From Pseudomonadota bacterium (GTDB lineage Bacteria > Bdellovibrionota_B > Oligoflexia > Oligoflexales > CAIMVM01), in NCBI GenBank assembly GCA_037142195.1, contig JBAXBA010000023.1:1-46115 (forward strand): a DNA stretch of 46,115 nucleotides, in the 5' to 3' direction. Position numbers and translations under genes: made by a program. This document shows, one piece after another, positions 10,799-21,326 of the stretch (its first letter is position 1; every line of letters starts with the position of its first letter). The notes beneath the pieces are model-generated. The model made no database searches and had not been told where the DNA came from. It saw only the letters and a program-made list of their open reading frames with translations.

Positions 10799-10854
10799 GG
10801 GAAAGAGGGAAAGAGGGAAAGAGGGAAAGAGGGAAAGAGGGAAAGAGGGAAAGA
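10799..10854 (+). repeat. tandem repeat (GGGAAAGA)x7
   Basis: Seven exact 8-bp units inside a purine-only tract 10791-10855. Confidence 0.95.
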
Positions 10855-11383
10855 GCTTGAATCCTTTTACTTACCCAAGGGACAGATGCAAAGACGCCTT
10901 GGCTCATCATTCCTTAGAAAAATGAGCCCCCCCCCATTCAGCTTGTGAGAATTGGGTTTAACAACTCGAGTTTATTCTGGATTCAGGCGCATCCATGCCG
11001 CGACATCCTTACTTTGCAAGGCTGTCCAAAATCCCTACGCTGTTAAGACCAAGCAGTCTTCCTACAATTTTTAGACCTTACAGGAAACGTAACCCATAGA
11101 AATAGGAAAGCGCCAAATGGCGCTAGTCGTCGGATATCGTCTCTAATCCTGGCCCTCATGACGCAGATTAAAAATAGGAGTTCCAGAGACTAAAATCCGC
11201 TATCCAAAGCCTTTGCTCAAAGTTCATGAAAAAAAGATGGTGAGAGTTGGGGGGGGTATCTACGTAAAACCATATCATTCAGAGAAAAAATAGTGACCTT
11301 CCGCGGATGTGTAAAAAAACCAGGAATCATCTCGTATTTTTTAAGGCTAGGCAAATGGAACGCCCCATCCAGCGCCAATCCCA

Positions 11384-12565
11384 TTAATAAAGAGCTATTT
11401 CCTGAATATCCACCAATCTTGAACTAAATGACAGTTTCAAATATCTTAATGAAGTCGGAGTTGTAAAACTCGTATTCATAAATCTTTTCTCTTCAAATTT
11501 TTCTATTTCTGAATAAGTCAGCCCATCAGAAGATCCGCTCGCTGTTAGCGTTCCAGAAGTCTGAAGCTGTAAATTATAAAGTCTCATTTTAGAAACTGTC
11601 TTTTGGCTGCCCAAATCAAGGACAAATTCTCGTGAGTCAAAAGCTTCAAAAAAGGGATTGTCATGAAACTTCCCATTGGTTAAAGAATTAACTTTGAACT
11701 TGATATTTGTAGCATTTACAAGGCTTCCATTTGCTAAGGAGGTGAGAGGCGATATAAGGCTAAAATCCTTAGGTGCTGTAAGACAAGAAATCTTTTTATC
11801 CACATCAAAGGTATAGAAAGCTTCAATAGCAAGTCTCACAGTTTGGTTTAAAAAAAGTGAACGAGGCAGTGTTAATGAGGTAGATCCCCCTTCCACAACT
11901 TGGGTCCAGATCACTGCGCCGCTTGCAGGATCTCCAAAGCGCAGGACATATCGACTGACTGAGACCTGAGGAGCAGACCAAGAGAAAGTAGCCGTATCTG
12001 CGGCTGAATCTTCGGCCAATCCAATTCCACCTAATGTGCAGAGCCCAATGGTACCTAAATTGCTATCAATATTTTTTACAACAAATGAAAACTTGCCAAA
12101 TAACGTGGAATTGGAACTTTCATTGACGATAGATATATTAACTCCACCATCCGCATCTCTTAGTAAGTCTTCTGTCCGAAGTTTGAAGGAAAAAGATCCG
12201 GTTCCATCAGTCCTCACCCGTTTAAGATTGTAGTTAGGGCTTTGAAGATACTTATTGCGATCGACGGTCAGCGAATCCGTATTGAATATGACGTCGTAGA
12301 AACCAAAAAAAGGAAAGGCTAACAAGCGACCAAAGGATTCCACAGCGACTCCTGTTTCATCTATATAGCCGAACTTGCGTAGATTTTGAAAAAGCAGCTG
12401 CTGATCAGAAAATTCTTTTCCCTTCTCATCAAGATACTTTCCAGTTACAACTAAAATGGAACCAGGAAGAAACTGGGGTGATTTAGAAGCACTACTTCCA
12501 CAGGCCGTCAATAGAAACACAATAAATATGTTTAAATTTTGTCTCGCAAATTCAAAAATATTCAT
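11384..12565 (-). CDS. putative lipoprotein with FnIII-like and C-terminal discoidin/F5_8-type-C-like domain
   Basis: Lipobox LTAC; FSWSAP..RYVL (FnIII-like); FVLDLGSQKTVSKMRLY...SSDG..Y...LRYLKL....EIALY (discoidin-like). Confidence 0.65.
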   Translation of the reverse strand: MNIFEFARQNLNIFIVFLLTACGSSASKSPQFLPGSILVVTGKYLDEKGKEFSDQQLLFQNLRKFGYIDETGVAVESFGRLLAFPFFGFYDVIFNTDSLTVDRNKYLQSPNYNLKRVRTDGTGSFSFKLRTEDLLRDADGGVNISIVNESSNSTLFGKFSFVVKNIDSNLGTIGLCTLGGIGLAEDSAADTATFSWSAPQVSVSRYVLRFGDPASGAVIWTQVVEGGSTSLTLPRSLFLNQTVRLAIEAFYTFDVDKKISCLTAPKDFSLISPLTSLANGSLVNATNIKFKVNSLTNGKFHDNPFFEAFDSREFVLDLGSQKTVSKMRLYNLQLQTSGTLTASGSSDGLTYSEIEKFEEKRFMNTSFTTPTSLRYLKLSFSSRLVDIQEIALY

Positions 12566-12566
12566 T

Positions 12567-13250
12567 TCAAGGCTCCACAGTATCAGATTGAGAAAATGTC
12601 AAAATTGAAGATGGACGCACACCTGAATCATTATTATTTGACATTGAGAAATTCATGGCATTTTTAGAATTTAAATCACTTTTCTTGACCCGGACTTGAA
12701 ACCCATAGTTGGTCGTACCTTCAAGAATCATTCTCTTTACAAGCGCGGTAATATCAAATGCGATTTCTCGCGACGTTGGCTGACTGGTATTTAGCCTAAA
12801 GGAAGGCGTAATAGCGGGAGTGCTTAAGTCTACATCTCCTCCTGCATTTGCCCAATCATCACCCATTAAGCGATCTATCGAAGTCCAAGTTGCATAGGGC
12901 CCCCAAGGCTTAGTCATAGGCAGTAGCTCTATATTTTCTGGATTTACGGTGATATCAGTGCAGTTTAAAATCAATTCCACAATCGAAATGGAACTTACAA
13001 TGACATCACTAGCCCAAAGGTCTAGGAGCTTAGGAAAGTAAATGAGAAGTCTTGACTCTAGACCATTCTCATCAAAGCCAATCAGTGAAGAGCTCTCTTT
13101 ATTGAGACTCTCTTTTCCATTACCTTCAAAAATTCTTACATCTAACACGTCGGTTTCGCGTCTAATTACAGAATCAGTCGTTTTTGTAACGCCACACCCG
13201 ATCCAAAAAAATAATGCTAAAAATAGTCCCCCATAACGACAAAACTTCAT
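12567..13250 (-). CDS. DNRLRE/CBM96-like domain lipoprotein
   Basis: Lipobox WIGC; SRLLIYF, ATW...W...GGD and FDITALVK....NYGF motifs. Confidence 0.65.
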   Translation of the reverse strand: MKFCRYGGLFLALFFWIGCGVTKTTDSVIRRETDVLDVRIFEGNGKESLNKESSSLIGFDENGLESRLLIYFPKLLDLWASDVIVSSISIVELILNCTDITVNPENIELLPMTKPWGPYATWTSIDRLMGDDWANAGGDVDLSTPAITPSFRLNTSQPTSREIAFDITALVKRMILEGTTNYGFQVRVKKSDLNSKNAMNFSMSNNNDSGVRPSSILTFSQSDTVEP

Positions 13251-13251
13251 A

Positions 13252-14130
13252 TCAAAGACTCCCTGTAAATGATAATGAGTAGGAGTTTGTTAGTTCCGAA
13301 ATCGCCCGCCTCCCGGTTGCATACTCAACTCCTCGGTCATCGGCATTGCCAAAAACTCGGTTGCTCTTGATTTTTATGGACAAAAGATTACCAAGAGGCC
13401 TAACTGCAAGTCCTGCACTTAAATAGCTAACAGACGCCTTGTTAAAGTTTTTTTCTGAAAAAGGACCTACTAACTTTGCCCCACTTAGATGAAAGGTCCC
13501 ATAGGTCAACTCCGGGTAGAGCAGGTCCATCAAACTAAAGCGTGACTCCACCGAAAAATGCGCATATTCCTGAGGCTGCAAAGAGGTTGACGTACTATCT
13601 ACTTTTATTTTTCCTTCTTTTTTCAACGGCCAAAAATAATCATATTTGCCTTCAATTTCAATTATAGAGACATTTAAGCCAAGACTTGCCCCTAGGTCAA
13701 ATCGAGGGATTTGATAAAAACTAGAAAACTCTGGGGACCATTCCATAGGATAATAACCACCTCCAAAAACGCCTAAGGAAAGGGCGTTTCCATTAACGTC
13801 GCGGCGGCGATAGAATCCTGCTAGAAACCCGGCGGAATCAAACTTATACTCGGTCAATTTCGCATCTTCAGGTTGCCAGCTGCCTGCTGTACCAAAAATG
13901 CTCAGGTAGGATCCGTCATGAACGCTCGTCAATCCAAGATCCAATATATGGCTTATCGTACCCGAATCCAAATAGACAGCCTTAGTACTTCGTAACTTTG
14001 ACTGGGTGGCTTGAAATTGAAAGCTGCCATTTTGTTTGCCCTCATTCTTGCTTGCAACTTCGGCAGCATAGGACTGGCAACAAATGCAGAGAAGCGACAT
14101 ATGAAAAACTATCCCTTTTAATCTCATCAT
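13252..14130 (-). CDS. hypothetical exported protein, probable outer-membrane beta-barrel
   Basis: Signal peptide; alternating aromatic/Gly amphipathic strands; terminal strand YSLSFTGSL. Confidence 0.55.
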   Translation of the reverse strand: MMRLKGIVFHMSLLCICCQSYAAEVASKNEGKQNGSFQFQATQSKLRSTKAVYLDSGTISHILDLGLTSVHDGSYLSIFGTAGSWQPEDAKLTEYKFDSAGFLAGFYRRRDVNGNALSLGVFGGGYYPMEWSPEFSSFYQIPRFDLGASLGLNVSIIEIEGKYDYFWPLKKEGKIKVDSTSTSLQPQEYAHFSVESRFSLMDLLYPELTYGTFHLSGAKLVGPFSEKNFNKASVSYLSAGLAVRPLGNLLSIKIKSNRVFGNADDRGVEYATGRRAISELTNSYSLSFTGSL

Positions 14131-14631
14131 TTTTTCCTAGTGAATGAACTTTATGAATTTGCGTCTAGTGCAGTTATCTAAAGGGGATGGAAGAATGAAT
14201 GCTTTGCAAAATAAAAAAATCCCGCTCTAGACTGGAAACTAACGTCATGACAATTTTCAAATTGTTGCTGGATTTGAGTATAGCTCGATAAGATCAAACC
14301 CGTCTAATATTTATTTCTATTCGGCCGTAAAGCGGTAAATTAAAAAATACTGCAGTGCGCAATTCCCGTAGATTTCCCAATATTTCCCAGGCGTATATCA
14401 CTAACTCTTGTTTGTTAACTCGTGCATTGCATAGGGACTGCCTAGAACTTTAGGGCCTTCAGCCCAATTTCGAGAACAAGGAGGCCCATTCCCGGGTGTA
14501 TTTCCGTCCTAAGGCTTCTCAGTGATGGCTATGACGCTCGGCGAAGCTCCGCGACCTTGCACCATTTCTCAAATTTGGCCTTCAATTAGCCAGCAAAAGC
14601 CGCTAAACTTAAAGACCACGGAGGCAGCTAC

Positions 14632-16056
14632 ATGAGGAAAATTTCTTTAGGGCTTACAGAAGACCAGCAACTTATTCCGGACGCTATGTTGGTATGTATT
14701 CCCGGACCTCCCTCGGAGCGCCCTTATGGAGTGATCGGCAATGCTGTTGTATTGTCACCGCTGGCTATTAAATTACCATTTGACCAGAAGCTACGCCATG
14801 AGCTGATAGTTATCAGTTGGTTTAGAGGCAACAATAGCTATCCCTCTCAAGTACAAGTTTTGTTGGACCCAACCAAGGAGGAAAAGCGACTCTTATGGAA
14901 TACCACTTCTAAGCCTACATTTGAGTCGTTCAAGGAGCTTTTGGGCCACCCTAAGCTGCAAGACCTTACCCCGAATCGAGCCTTTAAGCTTAAACCTGTG
15001 CATATTCCAAAACCTTGGGGACAAGAAATTTGGTTTACAGGAATCGAAGAACGCGGTGTGGCTCAAATGGAACTTAATCACCAGGAATCCATTATTTTAC
15101 CTATCTTATTGGCGACCTTGGGAAAAGGGGCTACCTCGAACCCAGCCAGTCCACCTATCCTTTTAAAAATACTAGACCCCAAACCCAATCCCAGGACCGG
15201 AAGTCTTTATTTTGAGCTCCATCAAGAAAAGCAAGAAGTCTATATTGTCTCAAAAGTTCATCCAGAAGCCTGGCCATCTGGCAAGGGTCGAATGAAATAC
15301 GGTTTGAATCAAAAGGAACGTCGGAAGTTTCAAAACCAAGACGAATTTAAAGAGACTTTTAAAAAACTGTGCTTAGAATATGAGGCCTGCCGCTCAGAAA
15401 TTGAACGAGAATGGGATAAAAAAAGGAGTTTAGAGGGACTTGGTCCCAAAGATGAAATTCCAGAACCCCTCCTCGAATCTTGGTATAGCAAGTTGCCCCG
15501 AGCTCTTGTTCAAAAAGAATCGGATCTTCAAATGCAGCTGGATCAACTTACGGGTTGGCTCGATCTTTCCGTCGGAGATGTGGTTAAGGTTCAAAAAACG
15601 GTCCCCCACTCGCTTCAGTATGGGATCACGGTCATAGAATTCCAAACCCCTGTGTATGAACGATTTATCATAACTTTTAATCAAAAAGTATTGACTCAAG
15701 ACCATTGGGATGTCGAGGCTGCTTTTAACATAATGACTATAGAGGAGCCCGCACCTCAGACCCTAAAACTGCTCACGGAAAATGACGCCGTCTTATGGGA
15801 AGAAGCAGTTTCTTTTGAGACCTTCGATGTGATTCGAGTGAGTCAGAAAAAAGCAAAGTATACCTTAGATCTTTCTGACTGCGGTCACGCCATTATCTTT
15901 GCCCTGAAAGGAAGACTTCAAGTTAATGGCATATCTCCACTTACCTTAGAAATGGGGGAAGCATGTTTTATACCAGCAGCGGTAAATCAGCTGTCTATAG
16001 TTGCTGAAAATCAGGAGACCGTATGGCTCTTGGGAAGGGAAAAACCGCTACCCTAA
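14632..16056 (+). CDS. mannose-6-phosphate isomerase (type I)-like cupin protein
   Basis: PKPWGQEIW, PILLKILD, LYFELH..KQE, PHSLQ.G..VIEFQ, C-terminal GEACFIPA; GGAGG upstream. Confidence 0.65.
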   Translation: MRKISLGLTEDQQLIPDAMLVCIPGPPSERPYGVIGNAVVLSPLAIKLPFDQKLRHELIVISWFRGNNSYPSQVQVLLDPTKEEKRLLWNTTSKPTFESFKELLGHPKLQDLTPNRAFKLKPVHIPKPWGQEIWFTGIEERGVAQMELNHQESIILPILLATLGKGATSNPASPPILLKILDPKPNPRTGSLYFELHQEKQEVYIVSKVHPEAWPSGKGRMKYGLNQKERRKFQNQDEFKETFKKLCLEYEACRSEIEREWDKKRSLEGLGPKDEIPEPLLESWYSKLPRALVQKESDLQMQLDQLTGWLDLSVGDVVKVQKTVPHSLQYGITVIEFQTPVYERFIITFNQKVLTQDHWDVEAAFNIMTIEEPAPQTLKLLTENDAVLWEEAVSFETFDVIRVSQKKAKYTLDLSDCGHAIIFALKGRLQVNGISPLTLEMGEACFIPAAVNQLSIVAENQETVWLLGREKPLP

Positions 16057-16200
16057 GTCGTAACGGAAGACATTTCCCTCAACAAGGCAATGAAAGCTGC
16101 GAAAAAAAGTAACTCCCAAAAACAAAAGAGGAAATTTTAAAACCTGCGCCTCGCATGGACTAAGAACTGAAGAAAGGGAACGCTTTCCAAAAAAGGCATT

Positions 16201-17085
16201 TCAATGAAGCCAATGTTTGAAATGCTCGACAACTAAAGATTCAGCCATATTGCGGTCAAACTGCCATGCTTCCGCGTGGCGATCCCCATCGTAAAGCCAC
16301 TGATGGCTCCTTGGAGCAAATTCTATCAATTTCAAAGCATGATGAAACGAAACAAAAGAATCTCTTTTCGCATGGATTAAAAGAAGCCGATCGGCTTCAA
16401 TTTTGGAAATAGCATCCGAAGGATTCATTTCCTCAAATTTGACTCCCGTTCTTAGCTGAAAGAAATAGAGAGCTAGGTCCACGAGAGGGAATTGGGGCAC
16501 ATAAAACATGGAAAAGGCAGCCTCCGCAATCACTTCCTTAGCGTTAGCAAAAGCACCTTCCATAACTCCCGCCTTAATTTTTGAATCCTTGGCCATGGTA
16601 ATTAATGCTGTAGAGCCTCCCTGACTAAAACCAAGAACGCCAATAGAAAGACTTCCTTTCTTCTCCGCATATTGAACTACGGCTTCAAGGTCGTCGCGCT
16701 CAAAATAGTTCATAGAATCAAAGATTCCTGTGGAAAGTCCTGCACCACGGTAATCGAAAGCAATCACCGAGAATCCGGCTTCGTGAAGTGCTTTTAGAAA
16801 ACGTAAACCTTCATGACGATCTCCCCCATGACCATGGGACAAAATGATCGTTCTTGAAGACCCTTGACTAGGAATCCACCACCCAGATAGCTTGACCCCG
16901 TGACTGGAATTCATCCAAATCTCTTCAAACTCATACCCCATTTCTTTTGGAGTCTCGCAATAGACAAATAGGTCTTTGTTGCAGCTAGTTCGATTTGGAT
17001 ACATCAAAATACTGGATAGGACCCAGGCTATCCCTGGAATAAGGAGAAAGATGAAAACTAGGCCAATCTTAAGTAAATACTTCAT
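16201..17085 (-). CDS. alpha/beta hydrolase with N-terminal anchor
   Basis: HGHGG, FDYRGAGLS, nucleophile GFSQG, LLIHAKRD, late His. Confidence 0.9.
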   Translation of the reverse strand: MKYLLKIGLVFIFLLIPGIAWVLSSILMYPNRTSCNKDLFVYCETPKEMGYEFEEIWMNSSHGVKLSGWWIPSQGSSRTIILSHGHGGDRHEGLRFLKALHEAGFSVIAFDYRGAGLSTGIFDSMNYFERDDLEAVVQYAEKKGSLSIGVLGFSQGGSTALITMAKDSKIKAGVMEGAFANAKEVIAEAAFSMFYVPQFPLVDLALYFFQLRTGVKFEEMNPSDAISKIEADRLLLIHAKRDSFVSFHHALKLIEFAPRSHQWLYDGDRHAEAWQFDRNMAESLVVEHFKHWLH

Positions 17086-17254
17086 AAATCAGCCCCAAAT
17101 TTAGATGAATTTGCTGAATAGACTGGAGATTATTCTAACACAAAGGAGAGTGTTTCGCTGATGCAAAATTTAAACACATTCCCACTCTCGCCTACGATTC
17201 AAAGCTATCGCTGCATTTGGAGGAGATCCATTTGATCCCTCCATAGACCAGGTT

Positions 17255-18094
17255 TTAAGTGGAAGGCCTAAAGAGAATAAAAGACAGGTCATCTTCTTTG
17301 GAATACTCGAGATCTCCAGACTTCATTTGAGAAGCGACTTTTTCTTGGAGCTGAGATGCTGCTAAATCAAGGTTCTTGTGCGCGATTATTTTTGATATTT
17401 CTCGAGATGATAGATTATCAAACAACCCATCACTGCCTAAGACTAAAGTGTCACCGGGAGTCAAAACGAGAGACGAAGTGACTTGAACTTGCATATCTTC
17501 AGAACCCAAAACACTCGTTACCATATGCCTTGTTCCCATGGGGTCGTATTGAGATTCGTCCCACACACCAGCCAGAATCCCAAAGTCCACAGGGTTGTGT
17601 CCGTAAACCCGATACTTTAAGCGGCCTCTACTTGAAGAAATAAGAGCTAATGAGTCTCCGGCAAGATAAAACCTAACTGCTTGATCTTTAATTTCCGCGA
17701 CCATAAGCGTTGTAGCCGCGTCTTGAAAAGAGCGAATGATACGCTCATTGCCCTCTTCAAAAGCATCTAAGACTAAATTACGAATTTTGGCATCGCTAAA
17801 AGGTTCCCGTTCTATAATTTCAATTAAGGTGTCGATGGCAAGTTTAGAGGCTTGGTCTCCATCTGCATGCCCTCCAACTCCATCTGCTACTGCCAAAACC
17901 ATCCCTCTATTCTCAAGCTGAGCTACCATTAGGGAATCTTCATTCCTAGACTTTTTAGTACCCTTCTTTAAAAACACAGCTAAACTTCCGCAAGAAGTTT
18001 CAAAAAACTCAGGTCTTTCCATGCAAAACCCGACAAATCTACTATAAGAAATCCCCTCGGTAATTTGGGGTAGAAAAACGGTTTTTACGTCCAC
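17255..18094 (-). CDS. PP2C/PPM-family protein phosphatase
   Basis: NEDS, AVADGVGGH, AATTL, AGDS, LGSDGLFD, DDLS motifs. Confidence 0.92.
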   Translation of the reverse strand: MDVKTVFLPQITEGISYSRFVGFCMERPEFFETSCGSLAVFLKKGTKKSRNEDSLMVAQLENRGMVLAVADGVGGHADGDQASKLAIDTLIEIIEREPFSDAKIRNLVLDAFEEGNERIIRSFQDAATTLMVAEIKDQAVRFYLAGDSLALISSSRGRLKYRVYGHNPVDFGILAGVWDESQYDPMGTRHMVTSVLGSEDMQVQVTSSLVLTPGDTLVLGSDGLFDNLSSREISKIIAHKNLDLAASQLQEKVASQMKSGDLEYSKEDDLSFILFRPST

Positions 18095-18795
18095 TGAAGG
18101 GACTCAATATGCTGCCTTAACCCAGAAGTGCTCTTAAACTTCTTAATGATCAAGGTGTCTTTAAAGCCACAACAAATATCTTTAATATACTGTGGCTGAT
18201 TTTTATATTTGGAGGCGCCGCCAATAAGTTCATGAAAAATCTTAACGAGTTCGGTTAAATCCCGTCTTTTCATTTCACCTAAGGGAGCCTGGTAGAAATA
18301 GAAATCTATAAATTTGATCTTGAAATTCGTGCCTTGCTGCAACACAAAAATATTATCTGAATGAAGGTCACCATGATATTCTTGGGCTTCGTGGATATCT
18401 TCTAAAGCTTTCACCATATTGTAAAAAACAGTCAACGACTGGAAGGGGTGAAGCTTTCCGCCATGTTTCTTAATATATGTAGAAAGTAATTCCCCATGGA
18501 CAAACTCTGACAAAAGACAGGTCATCTTGGTACCTTCAAAATCCACTGTCTCTAAATTATGGTATTGAATGATCGCCGGTGTTTCTCGAAGACGATGAAG
18601 CTTTTTTGCGTATAGGTTGGCTATCTTATTACCCTTATTCCGATTGGGGTAAAAAAACTTGGCTGTTCTTTCGATGCCAGTAATTCTCTCTCTAGTGAGG
18701 TAAACCTCACCTTCCCAACCGCCTCCAAGCCTGGATACAACTTCATATTTATCGTTAATGAGATCGCCTTGACTAAGATTTAAACCTGAGCTCAT
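18085..18795 (-). CDS. small atypical Ser/Thr protein kinase
   Basis: LGGGWEGEVY, TAK, YHGDLHSDNI, FIDF; AAAGAGG favours ATG 18795 (ORF track GTG 18819); overlaps the PP2C start. Confidence 0.85.
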   Translation of the reverse strand: MSSGLNLSQGDLINDKYEVVSRLGGGWEGEVYLTRERITGIERTAKFFYPNRNKGNKIANLYAKKLHRLRETPAIIQYHNLETVDFEGTKMTCLLSEFVHGELLSTYIKKHGGKLHPFQSLTVFYNMVKALEDIHEAQEYHGDLHSDNIFVLQQGTNFKIKFIDFYFYQAPLGEMKRRDLTELVKIFHELIGGASKYKNQPQYIKDICCGFKDTLIIKKFKSTSGLRQHIESLQWT

Positions 18796-18870
18796 AGGGT
18801 ATGCCTCTTTGTAGGTCACACTAATCTACAGGATTTAAAAATGCTTCTCAAGAAAACTCGCTATAAATCT

Positions 18871-20643
18871 TTAAAAAGCACGTCTGAGCGTGACAAAAAA
18901 ACGTGAGCCTTGCCCTGGATAGCTTTCCAGGGCTATCCTTCCGCCCATTTCCGAGACCAGGTGCTTGACAATGGAAAGTCCTAGCCCCGTTCCCCCGCCA
19001 TCTCGAGACCGCGCGCGGTCAACCCTATAGAATCGCTCAAAAATTCGCCCCTGCTCCTTGCTGGGAATACCTAGCCCTGTATCACACACTTCCAGCGTTA
19101 CTTCAGAGGGCGCAGCTTTAAGGTGGATATCGATACTTCCACCGCCTGGCGTATAACGAATAGCGTTCGTCAAAAGATTCTCAAAAACCTGCCCCAAAGC
19201 CTCCATATCTCCTTCGACTAAAGCAGAACTTGAGGGCAGATCTAAGCGTAATTTTAGGCTCTTTTCAGCAATCAATGCCTCATGGCGATGTAATACTTTT
19301 TTGATAACGAAACCCCAGTCACAGGGATGAGTCTCAAGCATGTTTTGGGCCGAATCTAACTTGGACAATGCTAAGATATCCGTAACGAGAACCGTAAGCC
19401 GATCCGTATTTACTGCAATGCGGTCAAGAAATGTCCCTGCTGTCGCGGCATCCGAAAATCCGTATTCTAAGAGAGTTTCAACATACCCCTTAATGGCCGT
19501 CAGAGGGGTCTTCAATTCGTGGGAAACATTGGCAACAAAATCACGTCGCATGGTTTCTAGTTTTCTGATTTCGGTACGATCTTGAAGTACTAAAACGGCC
19601 CCAGCAATTTCGTCCGCTTCAAAGGGAGTCGCACTTATGTGAATGATCTTATCTCCTTCTTGCTTCTCCTCATGTATCGGAATTTTCTGTCTTAAAACAT
19701 CCTCAGCTATACCTTTTAGAAATAGACATCCTTTGGTATTTTCTAAGGCTTGCCCTCGGCAATCAACCTCATCAGAATTCAGAAGCTGATACATGGACTG
19801 ATTGGTAAAGAGAATTCTGGATTCACTATCAATTGCGATAATACCTTCTTTTAAAGACTGCAGCATGGCCTTTAACTTGGCTTTTTCAGCCAATGCCGTG
19901 CTCACCCGATCTGATAAGTCCTCTCCTAGTTTATTTAGCATTCTCGCTAAATCTCCTAGCTCGTCATGGGAGTTCGATGAAATTTTTACGCGGTAGTTTC
20001 CTTTTGTCATGGCTTCGCACACTTCTGCCATGCGCTTTACAGGCTGGGTGACGCGCTTTGCTAGGAAAAAAATGGTAATAAAAAGAAGGAAATAACCGAC
20101 TAGAAATATCATCGAGATTTGCTTCTGGACTTGATAGAGTTCTTCTCTCATTACCTCAACGGGGTAATCTGCTTTCAACGCACCCAAAACAACACCATTA
20201 TTGCGAAGAACATAGGCAACCGAAATAATGTCGCCGTGATAGATCTCGCTGTAACGTTTTACCACTCCAAACTGCGAATTCATGGCCCGAACCACCTCTG
20301 GTAGTTCAAAACCAGAGGCGACTGTTTCGGAAAGCGCATGGGAGTCCGCAATCATTTCCCCCCTCCGCGCTATGACCGTGTAACGGACGTTTGAAAGCGA
20401 GTCTTTTTCAGGAAAAATATGCCCAAGATCCAAGTCACGATTTTCTTTGAGCGCCAAAAGCGCTCGCGGCTCAAGTAAAATAAGCTTGTCTTTTAAGTTT
20501 GCTACTTCTCGCTCAAAAAGAGAATTCCCTAGCCTTTCACTCAAAAGATAGAAGGTGCCACCATGACTCACGAGCATGATCAGTGAAATCAGAGTCAATA
20601 GCTTCCGAAAGTAGGGACTACTTATGATTTCTAGCCTTTGCAC
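18871..20643 (-). CDS. phoR: phosphate regulon sensor histidine kinase (2 TM, HAMP, PAS, HisKA, HATPase)
   Basis: RRDFVANVSHELKTPL, RIFERFYRVDRARSR..GGTGLGL; context with response regulator and pst operon. Confidence 0.9.
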   Translation of the reverse strand: MQRLEIISSPYFRKLLTLISLIMLVSHGGTFYLLSERLGNSLFEREVANLKDKLILLEPRALLALKENRDLDLGHIFPEKDSLSNVRYTVIARRGEMIADSHALSETVASGFELPEVVRAMNSQFGVVKRYSEIYHGDIISVAYVLRNNGVVLGALKADYPVEVMREELYQVQKQISMIFLVGYFLLFITIFFLAKRVTQPVKRMAEVCEAMTKGNYRVKISSNSHDELGDLARMLNKLGEDLSDRVSTALAEKAKLKAMLQSLKEGIIAIDSESRILFTNQSMYQLLNSDEVDCRGQALENTKGCLFLKGIAEDVLRQKIPIHEEKQEGDKIIHISATPFEADEIAGAVLVLQDRTEIRKLETMRRDFVANVSHELKTPLTAIKGYVETLLEYGFSDAATAGTFLDRIAVNTDRLTVLVTDILALSKLDSAQNMLETHPCDWGFVIKKVLHRHEALIAEKSLKLRLDLPSSSALVEGDMEALGQVFENLLTNAIRYTPGGGSIDIHLKAAPSEVTLEVCDTGLGIPSKEQGRIFERFYRVDRARSRDGGGTGLGLSIVKHLVSEMGGRIALESYPGQGSRFFVTLRRAF

Positions 20644-21326
20644 TTATAACCTACGCCTCTTATGGTAATGATCAAATCAGCATGCTGATCAAGCTTCTTA
20701 CGAATCGAGCGAATATGAACGTCTATATTTCGGTCGACCAATACCACATCACCGCCTGTCATGTAGCCGATCAATTCTTCTCGACTAAAGACCCGTCCTG
20801 GCTTTGTAATCAAACTTTGAATAATTCTAAATTCTGCCAACGTCAAAGTTAGAGGCGATCCATCAAGAAAAATTTCATGATTGTCAACATCCATAACAAT
20901 AGGCCCTAAGGCTATTTTTTGAGATTTAGAACTCTCCGATTGGCTGTCAGAGGAGCGCCTCAAAATAGCCCTTATCCTTGCGATAACCTCTTTGACACTA
21001 AAGGGCTTCGCCATATAATCATCTGCACCTAACTCTAGTCCCACTAAAACATCTGACTCATCAGTCTTTGCCGTCAACATAAGCACCGGCAGACGGCGTG
21101 TTTTTTCAGACTCACGTAGTTTCCTTAAAACACTCACTCCATCCATCTGGGGCAGCATAACATCCAGCACTACCAGGCTTGGATTCTTCTCAGAAGCCAT
21201 CTTTAGGCCCTCTGTGCCTGTATCTGAGGTTAGTACCCTATACCCCTGTTTTAAAAGATTAAACTCCAATAGCTCACTAATATGACGATCATCTTCTACA
21301 ATAAGAATTACTTCTTCAAGGGACAT
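20631..21326 (-). CDS. phoB: OmpR/PhoB-family response regulator
   Basis: LIVEDD, LDVMLP, GADDY.AKPF, RNIDVHIRSIRKK, TIRGVGY; overlaps phoR. Confidence 0.88.
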   Translation of the reverse strand: MSLEEVILIVEDDRHISELLEFNLLKQGYRVLTSDTGTEGLKMASEKNPSLVVLDVMLPQMDGVSVLRKLRESEKTRRLPVLMLTAKTDESDVLVGLELGADDYMAKPFSVKEVIARIRAILRRSSDSQSESSKSQKIALGPIVMDVDNHEIFLDGSPLTLTLAEFRIIQSLITKPGRVFSREELIGYMTGGDVVLVDRNIDVHIRSIRKKLDQHADLIITIRGVGYKCKG

